Of a DNA stretch of 42,550 bases, positions 1 to 9,603 are shown piece by piece. The stretch is from an uncultured Bacilli bacterium. GTDB lineage: Bacteria; Bacillota_I; Bacilli_A; RF39; UBA660. The translations under genes were made by a program, and so were the position numbers. Numbering within the stretch: the stretch's first letter is position 1; every line of letters starts with the position of its first letter. The stretch spans positions 1-42,550 of the forward strand of contig CALVJP010000021.1 in NCBI GenBank assembly GCA_944332215.1, read 5' to 3'. Under the pieces are notes generated by a model that saw only the letters and a program-made list of their open reading frames with translations, did not search any database and was not told the origin of the DNA.

Positions 1-1
1 T

Positions 2-109
2 ATTTTAGAAAGAATAAAAAGTTATGTTTTAGAGAGTACCGAACAAACAGAACATTTAAATCCTCAATATGTAAAAACTCTAGAGCGTGCTAAAAATAGA
101 AGAAGGTAA
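2..109 (+). CDS. 3' end of an unidentified CDS entering the window (ILERIKSYVLE...RAKNRRR*)
   Basis: Frame open from position 2 to TAA 107-109, ending 2 nt before the next ATG, consistent with an operon. Confidence 0.5.
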   Translation: MLERIKSYVLESTEQTEHLNPQYVKTLERAKNRRR

Positions 110-111
110 AT

Positions 112-684
112 ATGAAAGAAAAAATAAGTCATGTATATCACGGAAGTATACATCAAGGTCTAAGCATAATTAAAAGAAATAAAAGTACTCATGGTAAGTC
201 TTGGGTATATGCAACATTATCTAAAGCAATTTCTACAATTTTTATCAGCCATAAAGGTAGTGATTTATATTATTATTTAAGTGGTGATGGAACAGAAAAT
301 AATCCAGTAATTTTAGTGGAAAGAAAAGAAAATATGTTTAAAAATATTTTTAATGTTTCTGGTTCACTTTATACATTAAGTGGTAAAAATTTTATTTCAG
401 GAAAAACTGGTTGGTCAGCAGAAGTGGTTAGTGAATCTGATGAGAATGTTCTTCATGAAGAACATATAGATAACGTTTTTGAAAAACTTAAAGAATTAAA
501 TGCCAATGGAGAATTAAAACTTTATTTATACCCAAATAGACCCTCTTTTCTTCCTAAAGATAATAGCGATTTAATTCCTAAAGTTATAAGTTGGAAAAAC
601 AGAGGAATAAACATAGACCAATTTTTTAAATTATACCCAGAATTAAAAAATCAATATTTAAATATAATAAAAGAAAATGAATAA
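112..684 (+). CDS. Hypothetical protein, possible ADP-ribosyltransferase-like fold
   Basis: 190-aa ORF with RBS-like AGAAGG; motifs VYHGS, STHGKSWVYAT, GSLYTL and WSAEVVS in the order seen in H-Y-E/Arr-like ARTs. CDS is solid, function speculative. Confidence 0.55.
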   Translation: MKEKISHVYHGSIHQGLSIIKRNKSTHGKSWVYATLSKAISTIFISHKGSDLYYYLSGDGTENNPVILVERKENMFKNIFNVSGSLYTLSGKNFISGKTGWSAEVVSESDENVLHEEHIDNVFEKLKELNANGELKLYLYPNRPSFLPKDNSDLIPKVISWKNRGINIDQFFKLYPELKNQYLNIIKENE

Positions 685-781
685 TAAACTCATTTTCTCA
701 GACTGTGAGAGTATAGAAAAAGTTGTGTAAATAGGAGAAAACCTTCCAATATGATAAAATAAGAAAAGGAAGGTTTTTAGT

Positions 782-1999
782 ATGAAGAAAAATGAATTAC
801 CAAAAGAAGTAAATGACTATATGGATGAGTATATCAAAACTCACACAATAAAGAATATGGCTGATATGCAAGAGATGATGAGAAATCTCTTTGGACCGGC
901 TTTGCAGAAAATGTTAGATGCAGAAATGGAATCAAAATTAGGATATTCTAAAAATAAAAAGAATGATACAAATAATAGTAGAAATGGATATTATAAAGAA
1001 CGAAACATTAATACTACTTACGGAGAAATACCAGTAAGTATACCAAGAGATAGACTTGGAGAATGTAAAAGTGATTTACTACCACCCTATGCCAAAAGTA
1101 TAAATGGGTTTGAAGATAAGATTATATCTATGTATGCTTTAGGAATGACGACGAATGAAATTAAAGATCAAATTTATGAATTATTCGGTTGTAACTTAAG
1201 TGATGATATGATCAGTGACATAACAGATAAAATCATGCCAGAAATACAAGAATGGCAAAAAAGAAGATTAGATAGAGTTTATCCGATAGTTTTCATTGAT
1301 GCTACTCATTTTAGTGTCAGAAGTAATGGAAGTGTAGTAAAGAAAGCAGCTTATATTACATTAGGAATTAGTAAAGAAGGAAATAAGGAAGTATTATCCA
1401 TTACGATTGGAGAAAATGAATCAGCAAAGGTATGGGCAAATATCTTAAACGATTTAAAAAATCGAGGGGTAGAAGATGTGCTTATTATGTGTGCAGATGG
1501 TCTCACAGGAATAAAAGAAGCCATAAGTGCAGTATATCCAAAATGCGAGTATCAACGCTGTATTGTCCATCAAATAAGAACAAGTTTAAAGTTCGTGTCT
1601 TATAAAGATTATAAGGAAATGGCAAATGACTTAAAGGGAGTTTATCAAGCTTCTACAGAAGAAATAGGATATGAGGAATTATTAAAGTTAGAGGAAAAAT
1701 GGAAAGGTAAATATCCACATGCCATCAATAGTTGGTTAAATAACTGGGATTCCTTATCCACTTTTTACAAGTTTTCACCCGAAATCAGAAAAGTTATGTA
1801 TACTACAAATGCCATTGAAAGTTTAAATAACAGATATAAGGCAGTAAATAAGAAAAGACCCGTATTTCCAACAGATCAAGCACTCCTTAAAACACTTTAT
1901 TTAACAACAATTAATGTAGCAAAAAAATGGACTGGAAGAATACGAGGATGGGATATGATTTATAACCAATTATCAATTATTTATGAAGGCCGAATTTAA
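782..1999 (+). CDS. IS256-family (Mutator-like) DDE transposase
   Basis: Motifs RNGY, IPRDR, FIDA, ADGLTG, QRCIVHQIR, YTTNAIESLN. Confidence 0.95.
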   Translation: MKKNELPKEVNDYMDEYIKTHTIKNMADMQEMMRNLFGPALQKMLDAEMESKLGYSKNKKNDTNNSRNGYYKERNINTTYGEIPVSIPRDRLGECKSDLLPPYAKSINGFEDKIISMYALGMTTNEIKDQIYELFGCNLSDDMISDITDKIMPEIQEWQKRRLDRVYPIVFIDATHFSVRSNGSVVKKAAYITLGISKEGNKEVLSITIGENESAKVWANILNDLKNRGVEDVLIMCADGLTGIKEAISAVYPKCEYQRCIVHQIRTSLKFVSYKDYKEMANDLKGVYQASTEEIGYEELLKLEEKWKGKYPHAINSWLNNWDSLSTFYKFSPEIRKVMYTTNAIESLNNRYKAVNKKRPVFPTDQALLKTLYLTTINVAKKWTGRIRGWDMIYNQLSIIYEGRI

Positions 2000-2050
2000 A
2001 CACTCAAATTGCTTTTTGAAGATTTATATACACAACAAACGGAAAATCTA

Positions 2051-2078
2051 TTGACAGGATTTTACTTGCTGCTATAAT
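2051..2078 (+). promoter_or_regulatory. Outward-facing sigmaA-type promoter inside the IS right end
   Basis: TTGACA (2051-2056), 16-bp spacer, TGnTATAAT (TATAAT 2073-2078). Confidence 0.6.
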
Positions 2079-2203
2079 GAAGAAAAAGGACCATCTTTTT
2101 GATGGTTCTGTACGGAAGGTAAAAATTACCATTTACACAACTTTTTCGAAAGGCTCAGGTAATATTTTACTTAAATAATTACTTGCTTGTTTTTTTATTT
2201 ACT

Positions 2204-2902
2204 TTATAAAGGCCTTTTTTTGATTTCTGAAAATTTCCGCGGATAACGGGTAGCTGTCTCTTTCACCTTAATTACTTTAATTAAATTTCGTTTAGCATTT
2301 TCCCTAGGCAACATAAATTCATCTTCCAAAACTATCTTTCCCGATAATAAAGCCAAAGCATTTAAACTATTTTTAGTATTTTCATTTCCTTTCATCGCAA
2401 TAAAATGTTTATTAACTTTAACTAAAGGTAAAGAATACTCCAGCAAAATATTTAAAGAAGCCACTGCTCTTGCGGTTACTACATCAAACTTTTCTCTGTT
2501 TTTTCTTGCATATTCCTCAGCCCTATCATGAATTAAAGTTACTTTTTCTAATCCCAATTCTCTAACAACTACCTCTAAAAACTTAATTCTTTTATTTAAA
2601 GCATCTACTAAAGTAAGAACTAAATGTGGATAAAATATTTTCAAAACAATTCCGGGAAAACCAGCACCGGTCCCAATGTCACACAAACTTTGCTCATGGT
2701 TTAAATCAATTACTCGAATGAGTGTCAAACTATCATAAAAATGTTTTAAATAAACTTCGTCATGATCCGTAATAGCCGTTAAATTCATTTTTTTATTCCA
2801 TTCTACTAATAATTCATAATATTTTTCTAAAAGCCTTATATGTTCTGAGGTAACTTTTAAACCAAGTTTAGATACAGCTTCTATAAATTCCGTCTTATTC
2901 AT
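2204..2902 (-). CDS. rsmG: 16S rRNA m7G527 methyltransferase RsmG (GidB)
   Basis: MNLTAI, HFYDSL, DIGTGAGFPG, VTARAVA; follows mnmG. Confidence 0.97.
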   Translation of the reverse strand: MNKTEFIEAVSKLGLKVTSEHIRLLEKYYELLVEWNKKMNLTAITDHDEVYLKHFYDSLTLIRVIDLNHEQSLCDIGTGAGFPGIVLKIFYPHLVLTLVDALNKRIKFLEVVVRELGLEKVTLIHDRAEEYARKNREKFDVVTARAVASLNILLEYSLPLVKVNKHFIAMKGNENTKNSLNALALLSGKIVLEDEFMLPRENAKRNLIKVIKVKETATRYPRKFSEIKKRPL

Positions 2903-4757
2903 AATGATAATCCCTCTTTAAATAAATCATGAGAATGGAAATATCGGCCGGATTAACGCCACTTATTCTTAAAGCTTGACCCAATGAAGTAGGTTTAACC
3001 TCTTTAAGTTTTTGTTTGGCCTCACTAGCTAAATTATGCATAGCATCATAATCAATATCTTCAGGTATTTTCTTATTTTCTAACGCTTTCATTTTTGAAG
3101 CTTCCTTTAAAGCTTTGTTAATATAACCCTCATATTTAATCATAATTCCCGCTTGTTCTAAAATTTCCTCAGCATAATCATTATCTAAATAGTCTAATAA
3201 ATCATTAATAGCTACTTCCGGTCTTTTAAGTAAATTATATAGACTAAGACCATCCTTAATTTCATTCGTTTTAATTTTCAATAAAAAATCATTATCTGCA
3301 GGCGTGACCTTTTTATTTTTAATTTCCTCAATCAATTCATTTAACTTAGCCTTTTTATTTAAAAACTTTTGATAACGCTGTTCATCAATTAACCCCACCT
3401 CATAGCCATACTGGCGCAGGCGCAAATCAGCATTATCATGGCGCAATAATAAGCGATATTCAGCTCTCGAAGTTAATAAACGATAAGGATCACGGATTCC
3501 CTTAGTGACTAAATCATCAATCAAAACCCCAATATAAGCCTCATCGCGGCCTAAAATTAAGGGATCTTTTCCTTCCAATTTCAAAGCCGCATTTATTCCA
3601 GCGATTAAACCTTGCCCAGCAGCTTCCTCATAACCACTAGTCCCGTTTATTTGCCCTGCTGTATATAAATTTTCAATTAGTTTAGTTTCTAATGATTGCT
3701 TGAGCTGGGTTGGATAAATTGAATCATATTCAATTGCATAGGCATATTTTAAAATTTTAGCATTTTCTAAGCCTGGTAAACTATGGACCATTTGTTCTTG
3801 GACTTCGTAAGGCATACTAGTTGAAAATCCTTGAATATAAACATCATCATAATATAAACTCTCGGGCTCTAAAAAAAGTTGATGTCTTTCCTTATCACTA
3901 AACCTAACCACCTTATCTTCAATTGACGGACAATAACGAGGTCCAATTCCCTTAATATCATCAATTCCTCCATACATACTTGATTTATGCAAATTTTGCT
4001 GAATAATCTCATGAGTTTCCTTAGTTGTATAAGTTAAATAACAAGGCTCTTGTTTATTAACATCATATAATGGTTTTAAATCAAAACTAAAAGTATGATA
4101 ATCTTTATCGCCATCTTCACGTTTCGTTTTTGAAAAATCAATACTATTTTTGGCCACTCTTTGTGGCGTTCCCGTTTTTAATCTTTTAATTTCAAAACCC
4201 TTTTTAGCTAAATTATCACTTAAATAATTAGATGGTCTTTCCCCATGAGGTCCTTCGCGTCTACGTGTATCCCCAATTAAAATATCCGCATTCATATAAG
4301 TTCCCGTCGTTAAAATAACGGCTGAAGCTTTAATAAAAGTATCATCTTCTAAAATAACACCCGTAACTTTATTTTTCTGGTGCGATACATCTTTAACTAA
4401 AGCTTCTAAAATATCTAAGTTTGCTTGAGTTTCCAAAGTTTTTAACATTTCTTTAGGGTAAGTAATTTTATCCGCCTGAGCTCTAAGGGCTCTAACGGCA
4501 GGACCTTTCGCACTATTAAGCATTTTAATTTGCAATAAACTCTTATCGGCATTTCGGCCCATTTCCCCACCTAAAGCATCAATTTCTCGAACAACAATTC
4601 CCTTAGCACTCCCGCCAATTGAAGGATTACAAGGCATATCAGCAATATTTTTAATATTTCCCGTCACTAATAAGGTTTTATGACCCTTTCGAGCTGAGGC
4701 TAAAGCCGCTTCACAGCCAGCATGACCACCACCAACTACAATAATTTCATATTCCAT
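2895..4757 (-). CDS. mnmG: tRNA uridine-34 modification enzyme MnmG (GidA)
   Basis: VVGGGHAGCEAA, CNPSIGG, GPRYCPSIEDK, AGQINGTSGYEEAA. Confidence 0.98.
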   Translation of the reverse strand: MEYEIIVVGGGHAGCEAALASARKGHKTLLVTGNIKNIADMPCNPSIGGSAKGIVVREIDALGGEMGRNADKSLLQIKMLNSAKGPAVRALRAQADKITYPKEMLKTLETQANLDILEALVKDVSHQKNKVTGVILEDDTFIKASAVILTTGTYMNADILIGDTRRREGPHGERPSNYLSDNLAKKGFEIKRLKTGTPQRVAKNSIDFSKTKREDGDKDYHTFSFDLKPLYDVNKQEPCYLTYTTKETHEIIQQNLHKSSMYGGIDDIKGIGPRYCPSIEDKVVRFSDKERHQLFLEPESLYYDDVYIQGFSTSMPYEVQEQMVHSLPGLENAKILKYAYAIEYDSIYPTQLKQSLETKLIENLYTAGQINGTSGYEEAAGQGLIAGINAALKLEGKDPLILGRDEAYIGVLIDDLVTKGIRDPYRLLTSRAEYRLLLRHDNADLRLRQYGYEVGLIDEQRYQKFLNKKAKLNELIEEIKNKKVTPADNDFLLKIKTNEIKDGLSLYNLLKRPEVAINDLLDYLDNDYAEEILEQAGIMIKYEGYINKALKEASKMKALENKKIPEDIDYDAMHNLASEAKQKLKEVKPTSLGQALRISGVNPADISILMIYLKRDYHYE

Positions 4758-4765
4758 TTATTCAC

Positions 4766-6115
4766 CTACTTTCCAACACAAAAACGACTAAATAATTCAT
4801 CAATCAATTCATCAGAATAATTTTCACCAATAATTTCTCCTAGTAAATTCCAAATATTTTTTAAATCTATTTCGATCATATCTAAACTATATCCTAGTTC
4901 TAAAGCCTTTAAGACTTCACCAGCACTCTTAGAAATTTCTTTTAAAATAGCTAAAGAACGGGCACTACTTAAATAAGTCAAATCTTCAGTTTCGATTTTT
5001 TCTAAATTAAATAATTTCTTAATTTTATTTTTTAGCTGATCAATATTAATATTTTCTTTAGCACTAATATAAACTGTATTTTGCAATTTTTTATCATCAA
5101 TAACTTTTGGTAAATCATATTTGTTAATAATTGTAATATAATTTTTTCCTTGCAATTTTTCTAAAATTAAATGATCTTCTTCAGTCAACTTCTCATTATA
5201 ATTTAAAACTAAAAGTACTAAATCAGCTTCATCAATTAATTTTAAACTACGTTCAACGCCCAAACTTTCTACAAGATCATCAGTCTGACGAATACCAGCT
5301 GTATCAATTAGATTTAAAATGATATTATCAACAACAATTGAAGCTTCGACAGTATCACGGGTAGTCCCTTGAATTTCCGTAACGATAGCTTTTTCTTCCC
5401 CTACTAAATTATTAAGTAAACTACTTTTACCAACATTAGGGCGGCCAATAATAGCTGTTTTAATACCATTCTTTAATAATTGACCATTTTTACTTTCTTG
5501 GATAATTTTATTTATTTTTAAAACTAAATCATGCATCTTCAGTTGGATTTTTTCCGTGGTCATTTCTTCAATATCCTCATATTCTGGATAATTAAGATTA
5601 ACTTCAATATTGGCCAAAATAGCCGCTAATTCACTTCGAAGCTCTTTAATAAGTGAAGAAGCTTTTCCCCTTACTTGAGCAATCGCCATTTGTCGCGATT
5701 TTTCTGTTTTAGCATTAATTAAATCAATGATCCCTTCAGCTTCGGTTAAATCAATCCGGCCGTTTAAAAAAGCTCTTTTAGTAAATTCGCCAGGCTCAGC
5801 TAAACGGCAACCATTAACCAGTAACAATTCTAAAATTTTATTCGTTGTATTAATACCTCCGTGGGCATTTATTTCTACAATATCTTCCCGAGTAAAAGTT
5901 TTAGGAGCGCGCATTAAAGAAACTAAAACCTCATCAATTTTCTCATTATTATCAATAATATAGCCATAATGAATAGTATGGCTAGGAGCTACTTTCAAAT
6001 TATGATTTGAAAAAATTTTACTAACAATTTCAATAGCTTTGGGGCCACTGACCCTAATAATTGAAATAGCTCCTATTCCTTGAGCTGTGGAAATCGCGGC
6101 GATTGTATCTTCCAT
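4766..6115 (-). CDS. mnmE: tRNA modification GTPase MnmE (TrmE)
   Basis: DTIAAIST, GRPNVGKSS, GTTRD, DTAG, C-terminal FCVGK. Confidence 0.98.
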   Translation of the reverse strand: MEDTIAAISTAQGIGAISIIRVSGPKAIEIVSKIFSNHNLKVAPSHTIHYGYIIDNNEKIDEVLVSLMRAPKTFTREDIVEINAHGGINTTNKILELLLVNGCRLAEPGEFTKRAFLNGRIDLTEAEGIIDLINAKTEKSRQMAIAQVRGKASSLIKELRSELAAILANIEVNLNYPEYEDIEEMTTEKIQLKMHDLVLKINKIIQESKNGQLLKNGIKTAIIGRPNVGKSSLLNNLVGEEKAIVTEIQGTTRDTVEASIVVDNIILNLIDTAGIRQTDDLVESLGVERSLKLIDEADLVLLVLNYNEKLTEEDHLILEKLQGKNYITIINKYDLPKVIDDKKLQNTVYISAKENINIDQLKNKIKKLFNLEKIETEDLTYLSSARSLAILKEISKSAGEVLKALELGYSLDMIEIDLKNIWNLLGEIIGENYSDELIDELFSRFCVGK

Positions 6116-6194
6116 CTTTTCACCTCCAAAGATTTAACTATGGTAATTTTACTCTATATAGTCTGATTAGTCAAATAAAAATAATAGTTTCCTA

Positions 6195-6713
6195 TTATTT
6201 ATTCTTTTTAGTTAAGCCCAGATACTTGAACATATTCTTCGATGGTTTTAACACATCAAGACTCACCTTTTTATCAACAAAAGTCACAATCCAAGACTCC
6301 GCATATTTCGGTGGATGAATATTTAAAGGAAACATATGTCTTAAAATTATATCCGAGATTCTTTCATTAATATATTCAGGGAAATATTTCATAGCATTGT
6401 CTAAAGCATTCGCTGCATGAACAAAACCATGTTGCTTAAAAAAAGGGTCTTTACGGTAAAGATGGTCTTGCCAAGGCTCCTCGTAAAAATCATGTAATAA
6501 ACCACCAATAGCCGCATCGGCATAATTTAATTTTAATTTTTTACAAATTTTATAAGCTAAATAAGAAACACTAATACAATGTTCATAAACTGAACAATTT
6601 TCATGATGAATATATCTTTTGCGTTTTAAAAACTCTGAGCTTGTTAAAATTGGAGCAATTATTTGATAATAATCTTTATCTTTTAAATATTCAGAAACTT
6701 TTTTGACTTTCAT
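6195..6713 (-). CDS. HD-domain phosphohydrolase
   Basis: EHC...LLHDF...HGFVH...RHMFP...VDK metal-binding pattern. Confidence 0.85.
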   Translation of the reverse strand: MKVKKVSEYLKDKDYYQIIAPILTSSEFLKRKRYIHHENCSVYEHCISVSYLAYKICKKLKLNYADAAIGGLLHDFYEEPWQDHLYRKDPFFKQHGFVHAANALDNAMKYFPEYINERISDIILRHMFPLNIHPPKYAESWIVTFVDKKVSLDVLKPSKNMFKYLGLTKKNK

Positions 6714-6729
6714 AATTTATAATCACCTT

Positions 6730-7103
6730 TTATCTTAAATGACTTTTTATCTTTGGTTTAGAAATAGCACCTTTTGATAGCTTTTTTATTTTTAAATTAT
6801 TGCTTCGAAGTTGAAATTTTGCTAATAGCTTCTGATTTTTAGCCTGTAATTTTAATAACTTGGTTTGCAACATTAGATCACTTTTTTCCAATTTGCTTTC
6901 TAATAATTCAGGATCATGGCGATACTTCCAAGAATAAAAATCAAGCATAAAATGATGGCCTGAAAAATAACAAAAACTTCCAGCAGTCATGCGAATTGCC
7001 GGCCATATTATTGGTGTGACTGCTTTTATTGCCCACCAATTATTTTAATCTGCTTTCCCAGCGTTGCTGTTTTTTGGATATTTTCCATTTTTAAATATAT
7101 CAT
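6730..7103 (-). pseudogene. Possible disrupted or hypothetical gene: 25-codon ORF from ATG 7103 plus an 86-aa ORF (6730-6990) in another frame
   Basis: Strong RBS AAGGGAG and TTGACA-16-TAGAAT promoter precede ATG 7103, but that frame stops after 25 codons; the downstream frame is open from about 7047 with no clear RBS. Confidence 0.3.
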
Positions 7104-7181
7104 TCCAAAACTCCCTTTCTCAAATTTACTATATTCTATCATTTTAAACAATTTTGTCAATTTTAAAGAAAAAAGAAAGAA

Positions 7182-7796
7182 TTAATCTTCCTTATATTTA
7201 ATTACAACATAACGATTAGGGGCTATACCTTCACTTTCGGTTATTAAATTATCAAAAGCACTAACGACGGTATGGACAATTCTTCTTTCATAAGAATTCA
7301 TCGGATCAAGTTTAGCCGAAACTTTAGTGTCACGAACTTCACGGCAAATTTTCTTAACCTCGAAAGTAATATTACGCTCGCGCTTAGCTTTATAATTAGC
7401 AATATCAATATTTACTTTAATATCAAATTTTCCGTATTTGCGAAGTGACTGACGCAAAATAGTTTGAATACTATTTAAGGTTCGACCCTCACGGCCAATT
7501 AAAGCCCGGCTTTCATCCGTCACCACCACGACAGCAAAGCCATGATCAGTTTCTTTTATTTCAATATTAAATTTAGTATTCATGTTATAAGCTAAATCAT
7601 TTAAAAACTTTTTAATATATTCTTTAACCGCATATTTTGTAGTTATAACGGCAGTATATTTCTTGCCTTTAAATAATCCGCCCTCATTTTCTTCAAAGTA
7701 ATAGAAAGTTTCATCCGCGCGCACATTTAATTGTTCTAATCCTTTATTTAAAGCTTCTTCTTTAACTTTCGCTTCGCTTCTTATTAATTCTAACAT
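7182..7796 (-). CDS. jag: Jag/EloR (KhpB) RNA-binding protein
   Basis: KH motif LIGREGRTLNSIQ, R3H motif MNSYERRIVH; follows yidC. Confidence 0.93.
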   Translation of the reverse strand: MLELIRSEAKVKEEALNKGLEQLNVRADETFYYFEENEGGLFKGKKYTAVITTKYAVKEYIKKFLNDLAYNMNTKFNIEIKETDHGFAVVVVTDESRALIGREGRTLNSIQTILRQSLRKYGKFDIKVNIDIANYKAKRERNITFEVKKICREVRDTKVSAKLDPMNSYERRIVHTVVSAFDNLITESEGIAPNRYVVIKYKED

Positions 7797-8757
7797 TTTT
7801 CTTCCTCCTTATAAACAAGGTTTGACATATTGTAAATAAACTTCCTGTAATCCAATAAATGATAATACTTGTCGACATCGTAAATGAAGCTACAGTGATA
7901 AATACCATCATAATATTCATAATTAAGCGCATTTGTTTTTCTTGATCTGGATTGGTCCCACTAACACCAGAATTCATTTTAAATGAGAAGAAGGTAGTTA
8001 AACCAACAATAATTGGTAATAAAATATAAATCCAATTACCATTGCCAAAGGCGTTCATTAAATGATCCCAAGAAAAACTTGTTCCAAATAAAGCACTGAA
8101 AGGACTTGTTCCTAAACTGAAAGCTAAAAATTTGCCTTCGAAAACGGCTGGTATTCGGTACAAACTTTCCAAGAAAGCAAAGAATAAAGGCATCTGAATA
8201 AACGCGAATAAGCATCCTGACATGGGATTAATATTATACTTTTTATAAATTTGCATCATTTCTTGAGCCTGCATCATTTGATCTTGCTGTGAAGTGCGAT
8301 TACGATACTTATTTTGTAATTTTTCTAAATCCTTACTCGCTTTCTTCATGTTTTCTGATTGCATCGCAGATTTTTTACTAATTGGGAAAATAAGTAATCT
8401 AATTAAAATGGTAACAAGAATGATTGCTAAACCATAATTTTTTACCAAAGTGCCAATTTGAATAATCAGCCAGCTTAATGGCTTAATAAAAACTGTACTC
8501 CAAATTCCCTCATATCCCCCATCAGCGGGCGTAAATTCTTGACAGGTTGGTAATTTTTCAATATCCACATCATATTTTTCATAAGTTTTAATTACATCTT
8601 TATTTTCGGGCTGACATAAAATATTTGAAGCTAAATTTTGCCCATTGGTTGTTTCTCTAACTACTTTGCCATCTTCATCTTTTAAATACTGAGTACATCC
8701 AGTCAGTGATAAAGTCATGACTAATAGGAAAACTACGAATATTTTCTTTTTGTGCAT
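7762..8757 (-). CDS. yidC: Membrane insertase YidC/SpoIIIJ
   Basis: Lipobox LSLTGC, YGLAIILVTILIRL, NPMSGCL..IQMP, IYW; between rnpA and jag. Confidence 0.95.
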   Translation of the reverse strand: MHKKKIFVVFLLVMTLSLTGCTQYLKDEDGKVVRETTNGQNLASNILCQPENKDVIKTYEKYDVDIEKLPTCQEFTPADGGYEGIWSTVFIKPLSWLIIQIGTLVKNYGLAIILVTILIRLLIFPISKKSAMQSENMKKASKDLEKLQNKYRNRTSQQDQMMQAQEMMQIYKKYNINPMSGCLFAFIQMPLFFAFLESLYRIPAVFEGKFLAFSLGTSPFSALFGTSFSWDHLMNAFGNGNWIYILLPIIVGLTTFFSFKMNSGVSGTNPDQEKQMRLIMNIMMVFITVASFTMSTSIIIYWITGSLFTICQTLFIRRKKNVRINKKRSES

Positions 8758-8758
8758 T

Positions 8759-9094
8759 TTATTTCTCCTTTGTTATTTTTATCATTTCCAAAGCTTTAAA
8801 CAAATTTTCTTCCATTTCCTTATAACTTCGGTCCAATATCCCCTTGCCTACTATTATAATACAATTAAAGCTTTTTTGGTAGGCTTTTTTATCAATTATA
8901 CTTTTAAGCCTTCGTTTATATTTATTGCGCGTGACCGCATTACCAATTTTTTTACCAACCGAAAAGCCAAATTTATAAGACCCCTCTTTTATCCATTCAA
9001 CATATAAAACATAGTCTTTATATTTAAACGGTTTATAATTCTTAATAATTCGGTTAAAATCATCATTACTTTTCAAAATATTAATTTTTTTCAT
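8759..9094 (-). CDS. rnpA: RNase P protein component
   Basis: GFSVGKKIGNAVTRNKYKRRLK. Confidence 0.96.
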   Translation of the reverse strand: MKKINILKSNDDFNRIIKNYKPFKYKDYVLYVEWIKEGSYKFGFSVGKKIGNAVTRNKYKRRLKSIIDKKAYQKSFNCIIIVGKGILDRSYKEMEENLFKALEMIKITKEK

Positions 9095-9113
9095 CTAAAC
9101 CACCTTAATAATT

Positions 9114-9136
9114 AAAAACCACTTATTTTAAGTGGC
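9114..9136 (-). terminator. Probable intrinsic terminator or attenuator between rpmH and rnpA
   Basis: CCACTT-N5-AAGTGG hairpin followed by a T5 run on the minus strand. Confidence 0.5.
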
Positions 9137-9138
9137 TA

Positions 9139-9264
9139 TTAATGAGACAAGACTTTACGTCCTTTGGCTCTTCTTCTTTTAATAATATTTGTTTGCATTC
9201 TAGCAAAAAAACCCATTTTTTTACTTCTTCTTCGCGTATTAGGTTGAAAAGTTCTTTTACTCAC
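9139..9264 (-). CDS. rpmH: 50S ribosomal protein L34 (41 aa, not in the ORF track)
   Basis: Manual translation from GTG after GGAGG: [41 protein letters not shown]; divergent from dnaA. Confidence 0.95.
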   Translation of the reverse strand: MSKRTFQPNTRRRSKKMGFFARMQTNIIKRRRAKGRKVLSH

Positions 9265-9305
9265 TGACCATCACTCCTCCCGTTAATTTTTCTGTTGCTT
9301 AGTTA

Positions 9306-9334
9306 ATTATATAGATAAAACCTTATTTTGTCAA
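9306..9334 (-). promoter_or_regulatory. sigmaA promoter of rpmH
   Basis: Perfect TTGACA-17-TATAAT on the minus strand. Confidence 0.8.
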
Positions 9335-9603
9335 TGTTTTTTTCTTTAAAAGCGATGCTTCCCCTTTTCCTTATATTATAAGAATATTTTTTTAATAGAT
9401 GAAAATTACCGAAAAAAATAAATTATCTAAATAATTTTTTAATTAGATCTTGACAATTTTTTATTTTGATATTTTTTTACCTTTTATTTTAAAATTACAT
9501 AGTTTTTCTTAATTAGTGTTTTTTATACAATAATTAAAAAAATTGATTTATTTTTCCAGATAATAATTTTCAAACTTTCATATATTTTAATTTTATCACC
9601 ATT

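Larger units (their letters stand above)
707..2156 (+). mobile_element. IS256-family insertion sequence (1450 bp)
   Basis: 26-bp terminal inverted repeats GAGAGTATAGAAAAAGTTGTGTAAAT (707-732) and ATTTACACAACTTTTTCGAAAGGCTC (2131-2156), 22/26 matching, enclosing a transposase; no matching flanking direct repeat. Confidence 0.9.

Noticed and set aside
695-706. TCAGACTGT left of the IS as the end of a second mobile element
   Set aside because: Too short, with no partner repeat or second transposase in the window.
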